Positions 9,351-18,848 are shown, counted from the stretch's first letter. The stretch: DNA of 64,000 nucleotides from Bacteroidales bacterium (GCA_038320545.1 JBBQEI010000022.1:2159-66158); one strand, 5' to 3'. Made by a program: numbers and translations. The notes: generated by a model not told the origin, from the letters alone.

Positions 9351-9567
9351 AATCGTCTTTTCTGGGTTTAGCTTTTCCAAATGAAATGCGGGTCCATGTA
9401 CGTTCGTGCAGGTAATACAAAAACATTTTTGTAATTACTTCAACTGAACTTAAGGTGAGGGCAAGACCTGGCTTACCTGTAATTAGCCAGGCAAGAAAAA
9501 ATGTGTCGACAGTGCCGGTTATTCGCCAGGTGATGGCTTTAACTATACTTCTTCGTTTTTGTTCCAT
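9340..9567 (-). CDS. DUF2061 family small membrane protein
   Basis: RSIVKAITWRITGTVDT...TKMFLYYLHERTW signature; this family is commonly found near sulfur-assimilation genes. Confidence 0.85.
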   Translation of the reverse strand: MEQKRRSIVKAITWRITGTVDTFFLAWLITGKPGLALTLSSVEVITKMFLYYLHERTWTRISFGKAKPRKDDYVI

Positions 9568-9652
9568 TAAAATAAAATGCAAAGGGATACTGAAGGACTT
9601 AATTTGTTACAGCCCTGAAATTAATTGAGATTAAAAAATAGGAAAAATCAGG

Positions 9653-9757
9653 TTAACAGCTGCAACAACAGGTACAATTCCACATACAACAACAATTTAC
9701 GCTGGAGCGTGTGTTGTAGACTTTAAGGGATAAAGTTTGTGGAATAATTGACAGCAT
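9653..9757 (-). CDS. Putative cysteine-rich attenuator leader peptide (34 aa, MLSIIPQTLSLKVYNTRSSVNCCCMWNCTCCCSC)
   Basis: ATG at 9757, TAA at 9653-9655, 8 Cys in the last 13 sense codons. Lies between a promoter and the first gene of a sulfite-reduction operon. Confidence 0.8.
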   Translation of the reverse strand: MLSIIPQTLSLKVYNTRSSVNCCCMWNCTCCCSC

Positions 9758-9778
9758 TTTTAATTATTAGTTCAACTG

Positions 9779-9786
9779 CAAATATA
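9779..9786 (-). promoter_or_regulatory. Bacteroidota sigma-A -7 element (TATATTTG) for the leader and siroheme/cysJI operon
   Basis: Exact TAnnTTTG match followed by CA, 21 nt upstream of the leader ATG. Confidence 0.7.
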
Positions 9787-9978
9787 AGAGAATTATGTCT
9801 GAATATCCCTTATTTTTAAAGAAAAAAATAATAAATTTAATAGTGCTCTAGCACAGTTGATTACCTCATCCAAAATTAAAATCTGTTTTTAATCTTTTGA
9901 AAATTGAAAAAAATACATAAACTTTGGAAACTTTTGGAACAATAATTGTTTCCATAAGAACATTCGTTTTTTAAAATT

Positions 9979-10611
9979 ATGGATGAAGAACTAAAAAATA
10001 TTCTCGACAAAGTAAGAAACCTTTACATCCGATATGGGATAAAAAGTGTTACCATGGACGATGTTGCCCGTGAGCTTGGAATTTCAAAGAAAACATTGTA
10101 TCAGCATGTTATCGATAAGAATGATCTGGTATTTAAGGTTTTTGATCTTGAAATTAATGATAGCTCCAATAAATTTCAATGTTCTTTCAATGAAGAGTCG
10201 AACGCTATTGAACAATTGTTTGATGTACATAAATGGGTGGTAAGCCGCATGAAAGAATATAGCCCTGTTTCGGATTACGATTTAAAAAAATACTTTCCTG
10301 ATCTGTATCGTAAGCACGATAAAATCAGAAGGGAAAGAATTTATGAGTTTATTGTCAATAACATGAGAAAAGGCAAGGAAGAAGGATTATACCGAAGCGA
10401 CCTTGATGTGGAGATTATCTCAAAGATACATGTGTCGCGAATTCAAAATACTTTCGATTCGGATCTTTTAACAAATGAGGAAAAAACATCGCTAAAAGTA
10501 TTTTATGAATTTTTTGTATACCATATCCGTGGTATCGCCAGCGAAAAAGGTATTCAGCTTTTGGAAGAAAAATTAAAGGATAAAGAACTACAGTTAATAT
10601 ATAATCAATAA
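9979..10611 (+). CDS. TetR/AcrR family transcriptional regulator
   Basis: N-terminal HTH GIKSVTMDDVARELGISKKTLY; first gene of the efflux operon. Confidence 0.93.
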   Translation: MDEELKNILDKVRNLYIRYGIKSVTMDDVARELGISKKTLYQHVIDKNDLVFKVFDLEINDSSNKFQCSFNEESNAIEQLFDVHKWVVSRMKEYSPVSDYDLKKYFPDLYRKHDKIRRERIYEFIVNNMRKGKEEGLYRSDLDVEIISKIHVSRIQNTFDSDLLTNEEKTSLKVFYEFFVYHIRGIASEKGIQLLEEKLKDKELQLIYNQ

Positions 10612-10617
10612 AACAAT

Positions 10618-12024
10618 ATGAATATTTTCAGATTTTTAATACGCGGAGCCCTTTTGACAATGATACCGGCTGTGCTGTCGGCTCAGGAAATTACAGGGCC
10701 ATTGAAGTTGTCGTTGAAACAGGCACAGGAGTATGCATTGCTGAATAACAGGAACGTAAAGAGTGCCAATATCGATATTGAAATAGCCAAAAAGAAAGTT
10801 TGGGAAACCACTGCAATTGGATTGCCTCAGTTTACAGCAACTGCTGATTATCAACATCTATTCAAGGTTCCCGAAGCAAGTTTTGGAGGAAACACCATTT
10901 TATCACTTGATCAAAGTATCGGTAATGCTGATGTAATTACTGCTCAAACGATAAGGGATAAAAAACTTTCGTTAGGTTTTGAACCAGGAGCGCCCATAGC
11001 ATTAGGTGTACCAGATAATGTAACATTCAATTTTACCGTATCACAACTTGTTTTTAGCGGTGAATATATTGTGGGTTTACAGGCAGCGAGAGTGTTTAAA
11101 GAATTATCTGAAAGAAGTCTGGTTAAAACTCAACTAAGTACAAAAGAATCAGTCGCAAATGGATATTATCTGGTATTGATATTACAAGAAAATATTAATT
11201 TATTAAATGCCAGCTATAAAACTATTGATCAAAGTTATAGTGAATTAAGCAAAATGCAAGAACAAGGTTTTGCTGAAGAAACAGATGTTGATCAAATGAA
11301 AATAAATAAATTAAACCTTCAATCATCTATTACATCATTGGAGGGAAAGAAAGAAGTATCTGTTAAACTTCTTAAAATTCAATTAGGAATTGACTTTGAA
11401 CAATCACTGGAATTAACCGACAGTTTAACTGGAATTATTAGCAATGGAACAATCCAATATTTGTCTTCTTTTGATTTCGATGTAAACTCAAGTATTGATA
11501 TGCAACTAATGAAGACTTCCGAAGGTTTGTCATTATTAAGCCTTCGCAGACAGAAGTCAACATTTCTTCCTACAATAGCTGCCTTTTATCAACATCAGGA
11601 ATTGTTAAATGAACCACTGTTAAATTTTCAGCCTAAAGATGTGTTAGGAGCCTCCCTAACATTCCCGATTTTTACAAGTGGAAAGCGACTTGCTATAGTG
11701 GGCCAGGCTAAGTTAGACCTTGAGAAGACCCGTTTAACAAAAGACAATGTTGAACAAAGCCTGATAATGGAATTTGAAAATGCTAGGAATGATTATCAAA
11801 CTGCCTTTACTAATTTTTCTCACAATAAAGAAAGTATGATTTTGAGCGAAAAAGTGTATAATAAAACCTTAGTGAAATACAAGGAAGGTGTTTCTACAAG
11901 CTTTGAGTTAACCCAAATACAAAATCAGTTTATTCTATCCCAGTCAAATTATTATAACTCACTATTAACTTTAATGGAAGCTCAGGCCAAATTAGAGAGG
12001 ATCCTTTCAAAAAATCAACAATAA
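10618..12024 (+). CDS. TolC family outer membrane efflux protein
   Basis: Signal peptide, LSLKQAQEYALLNN, two OEP repeats, operon position. Confidence 0.92.
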   Translation: MNIFRFLIRGALLTMIPAVLSAQEITGPLKLSLKQAQEYALLNNRNVKSANIDIEIAKKKVWETTAIGLPQFTATADYQHLFKVPEASFGGNTILSLDQSIGNADVITAQTIRDKKLSLGFEPGAPIALGVPDNVTFNFTVSQLVFSGEYIVGLQAARVFKELSERSLVKTQLSTKESVANGYYLVLILQENINLLNASYKTIDQSYSELSKMQEQGFAEETDVDQMKINKLNLQSSITSLEGKKEVSVKLLKIQLGIDFEQSLELTDSLTGIISNGTIQYLSSFDFDVNSSIDMQLMKTSEGLSLLSLRRQKSTFLPTIAAFYQHQELLNEPLLNFQPKDVLGASLTFPIFTSGKRLAIVGQAKLDLEKTRLTKDNVEQSLIMEFENARNDYQTAFTNFSHNKESMILSEKVYNKTLVKYKEGVSTSFELTQIQNQFILSQSNYYNSLLTLMEAQAKLERILSKNQQ

Positions 12025-12034
12025 AAACAGATAA

Positions 12035-13165
12035 ATGAATCAATATATGAAAACAACAAAATTAATAACATCCATAGTATTAATATTTGCATTGGCCATT
12101 TCCTGCCAATCCGATAAAAAAACCGAACTCGTAAAACTGCAGAAACAACGCGACGAGATAAACGGCAAGATCGCTAAACTTCAGGAGGAAATAGCAAAAA
12201 CAGATACCACCGCTGTTAAGAAAAACCTGAAACAGGTTGCTGTAATGGAACTTCAACCTGCCACCTTCGACCATTATATTGAAGTACAGGGACGTTTGGA
12301 TGGCGAAGAAAACGTTGATGTTTATGCCGAAGCCATGGGCGTTGTGGAAGCTGTGAATGTGAGGACCGGACAAAATGTTTCCAAAGGACAGGTGTTAGCT
12401 CGTTTAAACGATGCTGCTGCACGCGAACAATTGAAAGGTTTGGAAACTCAATACCAATTTATAAAAGAAACATTTGAAAAACAGGAACGTTTGTGGAACC
12501 AGAAAATAGGTTCGGAGATGCAATTCCTACAGGCAAAAAACCAGAAAGAAGGGATGGAATCACAAATTGCCTCAGTACGTAAGCAACTTGATATGATGTC
12601 TATTAAGTCGCCTATCACTGGTACAGTGGAAGATGTTTCTTTAAAAATAGGACAAGCTGCTTCACCTGCAATGCCAGCATTCAGGGTGATGAATTTTAAC
12701 ACTTTAAAAGTGAAGGCTGATGTTGCCGAAGCTTATGCCCGTAAAATAAATGTAGGCGACGAAGTGATTGTTTTCTTCCCCGACCTTGATAAAGAAGTGA
12801 AAGCCAAAGTAACTGCTGCAAGCAGGTATATCAACCCTGTGAACCGTTCGTTTTTGGTTGAAGTTCGCCTGGATGCTGAAAAAGATGGTTATAAAGCGAA
12901 CATGATTGCTGTTTTGAAAATTAACGATTACAAAGCTCAAAAGGCCAATGTATTGCCTGTAAATTACATACAGACCGACTCAGAAGGAAGTTATGTATTT
13001 TTAGCCGAAACGCACAGTAATACTGCAACAGTTAAAAAAGTGCCTATAAAACAAGGACAGAGTTACGATGGCATGGTCGAAATAACCGAAGGATTAAAAC
13101 CAGGAGACAAAATTATCAATGCCGGTTATCTCGATTTGGAAGATGGTGAAGAAATTAAACTCTAA
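12035..13165 (+). CDS. RND efflux periplasmic adaptor (MFP) lipoprotein
   Basis: Lipobox LAISC, lipoyl half motifs (GQNVSKGQVL, IKSPITGTV), C-terminal GLKPGDKII. Confidence 0.92.
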   Translation: MNQYMKTTKLITSIVLIFALAISCQSDKKTELVKLQKQRDEINGKIAKLQEEIAKTDTTAVKKNLKQVAVMELQPATFDHYIEVQGRLDGEENVDVYAEAMGVVEAVNVRTGQNVSKGQVLARLNDAAAREQLKGLETQYQFIKETFEKQERLWNQKIGSEMQFLQAKNQKEGMESQIASVRKQLDMMSIKSPITGTVEDVSLKIGQAASPAMPAFRVMNFNTLKVKADVAEAYARKINVGDEVIVFFPDLDKEVKAKVTAASRYINPVNRSFLVEVRLDAEKDGYKANMIAVLKINDYKAQKANVLPVNYIQTDSEGSYVFLAETHSNTATVKKVPIKQGQSYDGMVEITEGLKPGDKIINAGYLDLEDGEEIKL

Positions 13166-13185
13166 GAACCTACAAAGTACAAAAA

Positions 13186-16100
13186 ATGGAAAATAAATTT
13201 AAAGAATTTAAACCGACCAGTTGGAGTATCGATAATAAGACGAGTATATATGTACTTGCCGTCATTATCTCCATATTTGGGATATTAAGCTATATCAATA
13301 TTCCTAAAGAGCAATTCCCTGAAATTGTAATTCCTCAGATATTAATCAATACCGTTTATTCGGGAACTTCACCAACAGATATTGAGAATTTAATTACAAA
13401 ACCTCTTGAGAAAAAATTAAAATCGATCAGTGGTGTTAAAAACATTACCAGTAGCTCAGTACAAGATTTCTCAATGATTGTTGTTGAATTTCAAACCGAC
13501 GTTGAAGTATCCGATGCAAAACAAAAGGTAAAGGATGAAGTTGACAAAGCCAAACCTGATCTGCCACAAACAGGAATTACTTCAGGTCCCAATGTTACCG
13601 ATATTGACCTATCACAGTTACCGATCATGTTCATCAATCTTTCAGGAAAATACTCCCTTGATAAGCTGAAAGAGTATGCAGAAGTAATGCAAGACCGCAT
13701 TGAAGGCTTAAAAGAAATTACCCGCGTGGAAATTGTAGGCGCCCTGGATCGTGAAATTCAGGTGAACGTGGATATGTATAAGTTACAGGCTGCAAGTCTT
13801 TCGTTCAACGATATTGCCGGACAGATTGCAAATGAAAATGTCACTGTATCAAGCGGTGGTATCGACATGAAAGGCATGCGCCGCTCCATTCGTGTAGTTG
13901 GTGAATTTAAGGATATCGAGTCCCTGAAAAATATTATCATCAGTTCTTCCAGAGGCGCAAAAATCTACTTAAAGGATATTGCAGAAGTGAAGGATACTTA
14001 TGCTGAGAAAGAAAGTTATGCCCGTTTAAACGGAGAAAATGTAGTTACACTGAATATTATAAAAAAAGGCGGACAGAATTTACTCGACGCTTCCGATAAA
14101 ATTAAGGTAATTACAGATGACCTGACCAAAAATAAATTTCCTAAGAACCTGACCATAAACATTACAGGTGATCAGTCAAAATCTACCCGCACCACACTGA
14201 AAGACCTTAATAATACAATTGTTATCGGTTTTATCCTGGTAACTATTGTTTTGATGTTCTTTATGGGGCTCACCAACGCAATCTTCGTAGGATTATCGGT
14301 CCCTCTTTCCATGTTCCTGGCATATATCGTAATGCCTGGTATCGACTTTACCATGAACATGATGGTAATGTTCTCCTTTATTTTTGCACTTGGAATTGTG
14401 GTTGACGATGCCATTGTGGTGATAGAAAATACCCACCGTATTGTCAAAAAATCGCACATGGATGTGGCTACCGCTGCCAAGTTTGCTGCCGGGGAAGTTT
14501 TTGTTCCGATTTTATCAGGTACCCTGACAACACTCGCTCCTTTCCTTCCGCTTGCCTTCTGGCCTGGTGTTATCGGTAAATTTATGATGTTTATTCCAGT
14601 CACCATTATCATAACGCTCATAGCATCCTTGTTTGTAGCCTATATCATTAACCCGGTATTTGCAGTAACTTTTATGAAACCTGAACAAGAGGATATACAA
14701 ACTCTCAGCAGAAAACGTATCTTCACAACTGCCGGTATCATCGCCGGATTGGGTGCAGTATTTCATTTGGCAGGATGGCATGCTTTTGCCAATCTGGTAT
14801 TGTTTATTGCTGTTTCGATTATTGCACATAACATCTGGGGATACAAAGCAATACTTCACTTTCAGCATTATTTAATACCTAAAACACTCGACCGTTATGA
14901 ACGGTTCCTGGGCTGGATTCTAGCAAAACGACGTCCTTATTATGTTCTTTTGGGAACAGTAGCTCTCTTATTCTTCACCTTTTTCATTATGGGTGCTTTT
15001 CCTCCCAAAGTAGTTTTCTTCCCCGATACCGAACCGAATGCCATTTATGCCCTGATCAAACTTCCCGTGGGAACCGAAGTAAAAGTTACCGACTCGGTAA
15101 CATACGAAGTTGAAAAAAGGGTAATGAAGGTAATTGGTAAGGATAATCATTTGGTAGAATCTGTAATTTCCAATATTGCCAAAGGAGCTTCCGATAATGA
15201 TTTTGATATTGGAAATGCAATTCCAAATAAAGGGAAGGTTACCGTTAATTTTATAGAGTTTTCACAAAGAAAAGGTGAAAGTACAACTCCGTACATGAAC
15301 CTTATCCGCGATGCTGTTAAAGATATTCCGGGAGCTGAAATCACAGTGAATAAACCGGCTGGTGGACCTCCTACCGGAAAGCCTATCAATATTGAAGTTA
15401 CAAGCGACGATTTTGATGAATTACGGCTTGCTTCCGATAAATTTATTCGTTTTATCGATTCTCTTCAGATACCTGGTATTGAAGAGTTAAAAACCGACTT
15501 TGACGAAAATAAACCGGAAGTGGTGATTGAAGTGGACCGTGTGAGGGCAAACAGTGAAGGTGTTTCAACCGGCCAGATAGGGATGGAACTTAGAACTGCT
15601 ATTTATGGAAACGAAGCTTCCAAATTCCGCGATGGTGAAGATCAATATCCTATTCAGGTGCGTTACCAATACGATCAGCGCACTAACCTCGACAAGCTTT
15701 TAAATACCAAAATCACCTTTATGGATATGAGTTCAGGGCAATTGAAACAAATTCCGCTTTCAGCCTTGGCGAAGGTAACTTACCTCAACTCTTACAGTGG
15801 TATTAACCGCAAAAATTCCAAACGTATTGTAACTATATCATCCAATGTGGTAACGGGTTATAATGCCAACGAAATAATTGCCCAGGTGAAACAGTCCTTA
15901 CCTAAATTCAAGAAATCAGATCAGGTAGACATAAAGATTACAGGTGAACAAGAAGATCAGGCGGAAACTATGGTATTTTTGGGTACCGCTGCCTTGCTAT
16001 CCCTGTGTTTAATCTTGTTTATTCTTGTTACGCAGTTTAACTCGTTCGGGAAAATGTTCATCATTATCATCGAGGTGCTGTTTAGTATTATCGGGGTAAT

Positions 16101-16581
16101 GCTTGGGTTTATCATTACCGGCATGGATATTTCGATTATTATGACAGGGATGGGGATGGTTGCCCTCGCCGGAATTGTGGTTCGAAATGGAATATTACTG
16201 GTAGAATTTACCGATATCTTGAAAGAAAAAGGATTAAAAACCCGCGATGCCATTATTCAGGCAGGAAAAACCCGTATTACACCGGTTATGTTGACTGCAA
16301 CAGCCACCATATTAGGATTAATTCCACTGGCTATTGGTTTTAACATCGATTTTATCGGTTTGTTTACTAATTTTCAACCCCATATTCATTTTGGTGGAGA
16401 TAACGTGGCCTTCTTTGGCCCTCTTTCGTGGACAATCATTTTCGGTTTGTCGTTTGCTACTTTCCTCACATTAATTTTAATACCGGTTATGTATTACATT
16501 ATGTATGCAAGCACTGTTAAAATGAAACGTCAGGTATCGGCAATGAAATATAAGAAAGCTGATTTTAAGGATTTAATTTAA
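13186..16581 (+). CDS. AcrB/AcrD/AcrF family RND transporter permease
   Basis: GIVVDDAIVVIEN (TM4), GIVVRNGILLVEF, RITPVMLT; 1131 aa. Confidence 0.95.
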   Translation: MENKFKEFKPTSWSIDNKTSIYVLAVIISIFGILSYINIPKEQFPEIVIPQILINTVYSGTSPTDIENLITKPLEKKLKSISGVKNITSSSVQDFSMIVVEFQTDVEVSDAKQKVKDEVDKAKPDLPQTGITSGPNVTDIDLSQLPIMFINLSGKYSLDKLKEYAEVMQDRIEGLKEITRVEIVGALDREIQVNVDMYKLQAASLSFNDIAGQIANENVTVSSGGIDMKGMRRSIRVVGEFKDIESLKNIIISSSRGAKIYLKDIAEVKDTYAEKESYARLNGENVVTLNIIKKGGQNLLDASDKIKVITDDLTKNKFPKNLTINITGDQSKSTRTTLKDLNNTIVIGFILVTIVLMFFMGLTNAIFVGLSVPLSMFLAYIVMPGIDFTMNMMVMFSFIFALGIVVDDAIVVIENTHRIVKKSHMDVATAAKFAAGEVFVPILSGTLTTLAPFLPLAFWPGVIGKFMMFIPVTIIITLIASLFVAYIINPVFAVTFMKPEQEDIQTLSRKRIFTTAGIIAGLGAVFHLAGWHAFANLVLFIAVSIIAHNIWGYKAILHFQHYLIPKTLDRYERFLGWILAKRRPYYVLLGTVALLFFTFFIMGAFPPKVVFFPDTEPNAIYALIKLPVGTEVKVTDSVTYEVEKRVMKVIGKDNHLVESVISNIAKGASDNDFDIGNAIPNKGKVTVNFIEFSQRKGESTTPYMNLIRDAVKDIPGAEITVNKPAGGPPTGKPINIEVTSDDFDELRLASDKFIRFIDSLQIPGIEELKTDFDENKPEVVIEVDRVRANSEGVSTGQIGMELRTAIYGNEASKFRDGEDQYPIQVRYQYDQRTNLDKLLNTKITFMDMSSGQLKQIPLSALAKVTYLNSYSGINRKNSKRIVTISSNVVTGYNANEIIAQVKQSLPKFKKSDQVDIKITGEQEDQAETMVFLGTAALLSLCLILFILVTQFNSFGKMFIIIIEVLFSIIGVMLGFIITGMDISIIMTGMGMVALAGIVVRNGILLVEFTDILKEKGLKTRDAIIQAGKTRITPVMLTATATILGLIPLAIGFNIDFIGLFTNFQPHIHFGGDNVAFFGPLSWTIIFGLSFATFLTLILIPVMYYIMYASTVKMKRQVSAMKYKKADFKDLI

Positions 16582-16691
16582 GGAAGTAGGTGTTTAGACT
16601 ATAGGCATTTAGGCTTTAGGTTAGGTAAGCAGGTATACCTGTAAATACTTTTCCTAATAGTCTAAAAGCTAAATTAATTAGGTTAAAAAAA

Positions 16692-16722
16692 ATGGCCGGA
16701 GCGAAAGTCCGGCTATTTTTAT
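16692..16722 (+). terminator. Intrinsic terminator of the RND operon, probably bidirectional
   Basis: ATGGCCGGA-GCGAAAG-TCCGGCTAT hairpin followed by a T-run, with an A-run upstream. Confidence 0.75.
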
Positions 16723-16774
16723 TTATACGCCCATTGCCAGGCCCCAACGTTGCACCATTAGCATTTACGGCGGC

Positions 16775-16911
16775 TGTTCGGCAAAGCATTTGTTTTGTCG
16801 GATTATATGGGTAGCATTTGCTACCTTATTGTCTTCTCAATAAAACTGTAACAAATGCTTCAAAAATGGAGGGACGAAGAGAATTCCTATAGCTATCGGA
16901 ATTCACCCAAC
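16775..16911. repeat. MITE-like repeat, family C
   Basis: Starts TGTTCGGCAAAGCATTTG, has an internal GTAGCATTTGCTAC/CAAATGCT hairpin, ends near CCCAAC. Homologous copies at about 34343-34463 and 35122-35266. Confidence 0.75.
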
Positions 16912-16950
16912 TTAGAATACTTCGCCCAGCGCGTGAAATTGCAGGGCTTT

Positions 16951-17394
16951 CTAAATGCTCAGTTCTTTAATTGCCCTCACCACTATTTCCAGATCTGTGA
17001 CACCTGAAAAGCCACTAAAACCAACTGCTAATTTGTTTCCATCATTTAAAACAATAGGTTGTCCTCCTGGCCATCCAATGAAATCGGGTGCCTGAATCCC
17101 GAAATCTCCTTCTTCGAGTTCGCCATTAAAAATTTTCTTTTCAAATTCAAGCGTTTTCAATCCTGTGATCCATACCTGACTGGCTTTGGTCCATGCTAAC
17201 CCGAAAGTACGTCTGTTCCGCACTTTTTCCGAGCCATAGAGTTTTCCGTAAACATTTCCTTCTTCGTCAATAATGCAAATAGCAACATTATCGGCCGAAT
17301 GAGAATCCTGTGGCCTTATCATATACTCAGGTATATATTTACCTGCAGTTTCGATAATGGCTTCAATCTGCTCTTTAGTAGTTTGTTTATTCAT
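16951..17394 (-). CDS. GlcG/HbpS-like (heme-binding / PduO-C type) domain protein
   Basis: VAICIIDEEGN...AWTKASQ...GWPGGQPIV..DG..LAVGFSG...DLEIV matches the GlcG/HbpS motif pattern. Paralog of the C-terminal domain of the neighbouring gene. Confidence 0.65.
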   Translation of the reverse strand: MNKQTTKEQIEAIIETAGKYIPEYMIRPQDSHSADNVAICIIDEEGNVYGKLYGSEKVRNRRTFGLAWTKASQVWITGLKTLEFEKKIFNGELEEGDFGIQAPDFIGWPGGQPIVLNDGNKLAVGFSGFSGVTDLEIVVRAIKELSI

Positions 17395-17479
17395 ATATAA
17401 AATGGTTAAGGTTTATAAGTTGCCGCCAAGCATAACGCTCCACTTAGGGATTTTTCTTTTTGCCTTCGTTTTCACTATT

Positions 17480-18631
17480 TTATATTCCAAGCTCTTGTAT
17501 TGCCCGCTGGACGATTCCAAGGTCGTTAGCGCCGCTAAACCCACTAAAGCCCACTGAAAGCTTGGTGCCGTCCTTTAAAACAATGGGTTGTCCGCCTGGC
17601 CATCCGATAAAATCGGGCGCCTGAATACCAAAATCATCTTCTTTTAATTCGCCGTTAAAAATTTTCTTTTCGAACTCACCGGTTTTCAGGCCTGTAATCC
17701 AAACCTGGCTAGCTTTGATCCAGGCAATTTTAAAAGTACCACGGGTTTTAACTTTATTGCTGCCATAGAGTTTGCCATATAAATTACCCTGCTCATCAAT
17801 AATACAGATGGCTACATTACCATCGGACCAAGGATTTTCGGGCTTTTTCTGATACTCGGGAATGAGCTTTTCAACAGTTGAAATGATAGCTTCAATCTGT
17901 TCTTTTGAAGTTTTTTTAGTCATTGCATTTGTATTGCTATCTTTATTTTCTTCTACCCTTATAAAATCGAGGTAAGCCAGGTTGGAACCTTTGTTGTATT
18001 TCAAAGTCAGCAAATTTAGACCTGTTTCGGTAAATGTTACTTCGCCTATGGTGGCCTGGTTCCAATAGTGCCAGTTGCCGGTATTTTCAGGAAGAACAAG
18101 ATCGGTAAGTTTTTGATTATTCAGCCAAAGCGAAGAATGGTTGTCTTCGTTCCCATAAACGGTAACTATCCTGTATTTCCCAGGAGCTTTGATGTCAACG
18201 GTATAGTTTGTCCATTCGCCATCCGATTCCCATCCCAGGTATAACTGGTTCACTTTTGGATCAACCTTGTTGGGGTGGTTGAAATCGACCCAGTCCTTGG
18301 TGTAGGAAATATCAACACCTTCCTTTTCGCGGAAGAAAGCAATGTAGGGAGATATACCCGGACGCAAATGGCTGCCGTAATCGTGCACTTCGTGATTTAG
18401 TTTCGAACCTTCATTTTCCGGGGTAACATCGTGGTAAGCAACCCCTTCTCCACCCAGGTCGTAATAGGCAAGTTCAATACGCCCCGGAATAACCTGTGGT
18501 CCTGATTTATAATTTGAATCATTAAACGGCTTCCCTTTATAGTTTTGGGGGATCTGGGAATTCACTGAAGTATATAAAAATGAAATAACTACCAGTAGAA
18601 AGAATAGTTTTTTATTTTTCGCAAGGCTCAT
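17480..18631 (-). CDS. Secreted CBM6/35-like carbohydrate-binding domain fused to a GlcG/HbpS-like domain
   Basis: Signal peptide; PQVIPGRIELAYYDLGGEGVAYHD...GEWTNYTVDIKAPGKY...TGNWH.W (CBM6-like); the last ~147 aa are highly similar to 16951..17394. Confidence 0.7.
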   Translation of the reverse strand: MSLAKNKKLFFLLVVISFLYTSVNSQIPQNYKGKPFNDSNYKSGPQVIPGRIELAYYDLGGEGVAYHDVTPENEGSKLNHEVHDYGSHLRPGISPYIAFFREKEGVDISYTKDWVDFNHPNKVDPKVNQLYLGWESDGEWTNYTVDIKAPGKYRIVTVYGNEDNHSSLWLNNQKLTDLVLPENTGNWHYWNQATIGEVTFTETGLNLLTLKYNKGSNLAYLDFIRVEENKDSNTNAMTKKTSKEQIEAIISTVEKLIPEYQKKPENPWSDGNVAICIIDEQGNLYGKLYGSNKVKTRGTFKIAWIKASQVWITGLKTGEFEKKIFNGELKEDDFGIQAPDFIGWPGGQPIVLKDGTKLSVGFSGFSGANDLGIVQRAIQELGI

Positions 18632-18848
18632 ATAACAAAGTTTAAGATAGATATCAATAGATAAATTAGCAATCGGAACAATTTTGAATAAAACTAAATT
18701 ACAATTAAATTCATTTACAACAGTATAAAAGTAAGTGACATTTATAACTCATCTTCAATCTTTTTAATATTTCGGTAAGCCTTTTAATACCAGATGTATT
18801 TAGCTAATATCATTCTTATCTGCTAAATCGATAATTATTAAAGCAAGA

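Noticed and set aside
9653-9757. Cys-rich peptide as a RiPP precursor (ranthipeptide or thiazole type) or metallothionein
   Set aside because: There is no radical SAM, YcaO, LanM or transporter gene nearby. The Cys residues cluster just before the stop and the ORF heads a sulfite-reduction operon, which fits attenuation better. Not formally excluded.
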